Assembly: GCF_004010195.1 (NCBI RefSeq)
Contig: NC_057718.1
Span: 59,230,838 to 59,265,280, forward strand
From: Chiloscyllium plagiosum
Taxonomy: Eukaryota
Length of the DNA: 34,443 nt
Reading direction: 5' to 3'
The notes under the pieces are model-generated. The model was not told where the DNA came from and did no database searches. It was given only the letters and a program-made list of their open reading frames with translations. A program made the translations under genes and the position numbers. The stretch's first letter is position 1. Each line of letters starts with the position of its first letter. Of the stretch, positions 34,213 to 34,443 are shown piece by piece.

Positions 34213-34443
34213 TGCTGAAAATGTGTTGCTGGAAAAGCGCAGCAGGTCAGGCAGCATCCAAGGAGCAGGAGAATCGACGTTTCGGGCATGAGCCTTCTTC
34301 AGGAATGAGGAAAGTGTGTCCAGCAGCCTAAGATAAAAGGTAGGGAGGAGGCGCGTTGGAAATGCGATAGGTGGAAGGAGGTCAAGGTGAGGGTGATAGG
34401 CCGGAGTGGGGGTGGGGGCGGAGAGGTCAGGAAGAAGATTGCA
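34213..34443 (-). mobile_element. PLE 3' end (young; continues beyond right edge) with hammerhead motif at 34271-34306
   Basis: Reverse complement of a PLE 3' region; CUGAAGA-A-GGC-ucau-GCCC-GAAAC-GUC with CpGs retained. Confidence 0.85.

Noticed and set aside
1..34443. CRISPR arrays, operons or prokaryotic defence systems
   Set aside because: Sequence is spliced vertebrate DNA; no regularly spaced repeat-spacer array seen

Overview
Eukaryotic, AT-rich, repeat-dense genomic DNA, almost certainly from a cartilaginous fish (shark), judged by HE1/V-SINEs and CR1/HER1-type LINEs. The only host gene I can support is a minus-strand VRK-family Ser/Thr kinase, most like VRK2. Six GT-AG exons (12486-12351, 6290-6235, 3875-3806, 3478-3391, 3308-3200, 138-46) splice in frame to 184 N-terminal residues; the ORF track almost entirely misses them, and the gene continues past the left edge. 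A CpG-retaining candidate promoter with a tandem IRF/ISRE motif lies near 25.5 kb. The rest is transposon debris: CR1, L2 and other LINEs, HE1 SINEs, TA-flanked MITEs, Gypsy remnants, a solo LTR and many Penelope-like element (PLE) derivatives. The most notable hidden structure is seven minimal hammerhead-ribozyme motifs (mostly decayed) in PLE-type termini from three sequence families. They include a TSD-flanked fold-back element with a hammerhead on each strand, and a miniature sibling of it shares the same inversion breakpoint. All calls were made by eye, without database searches.
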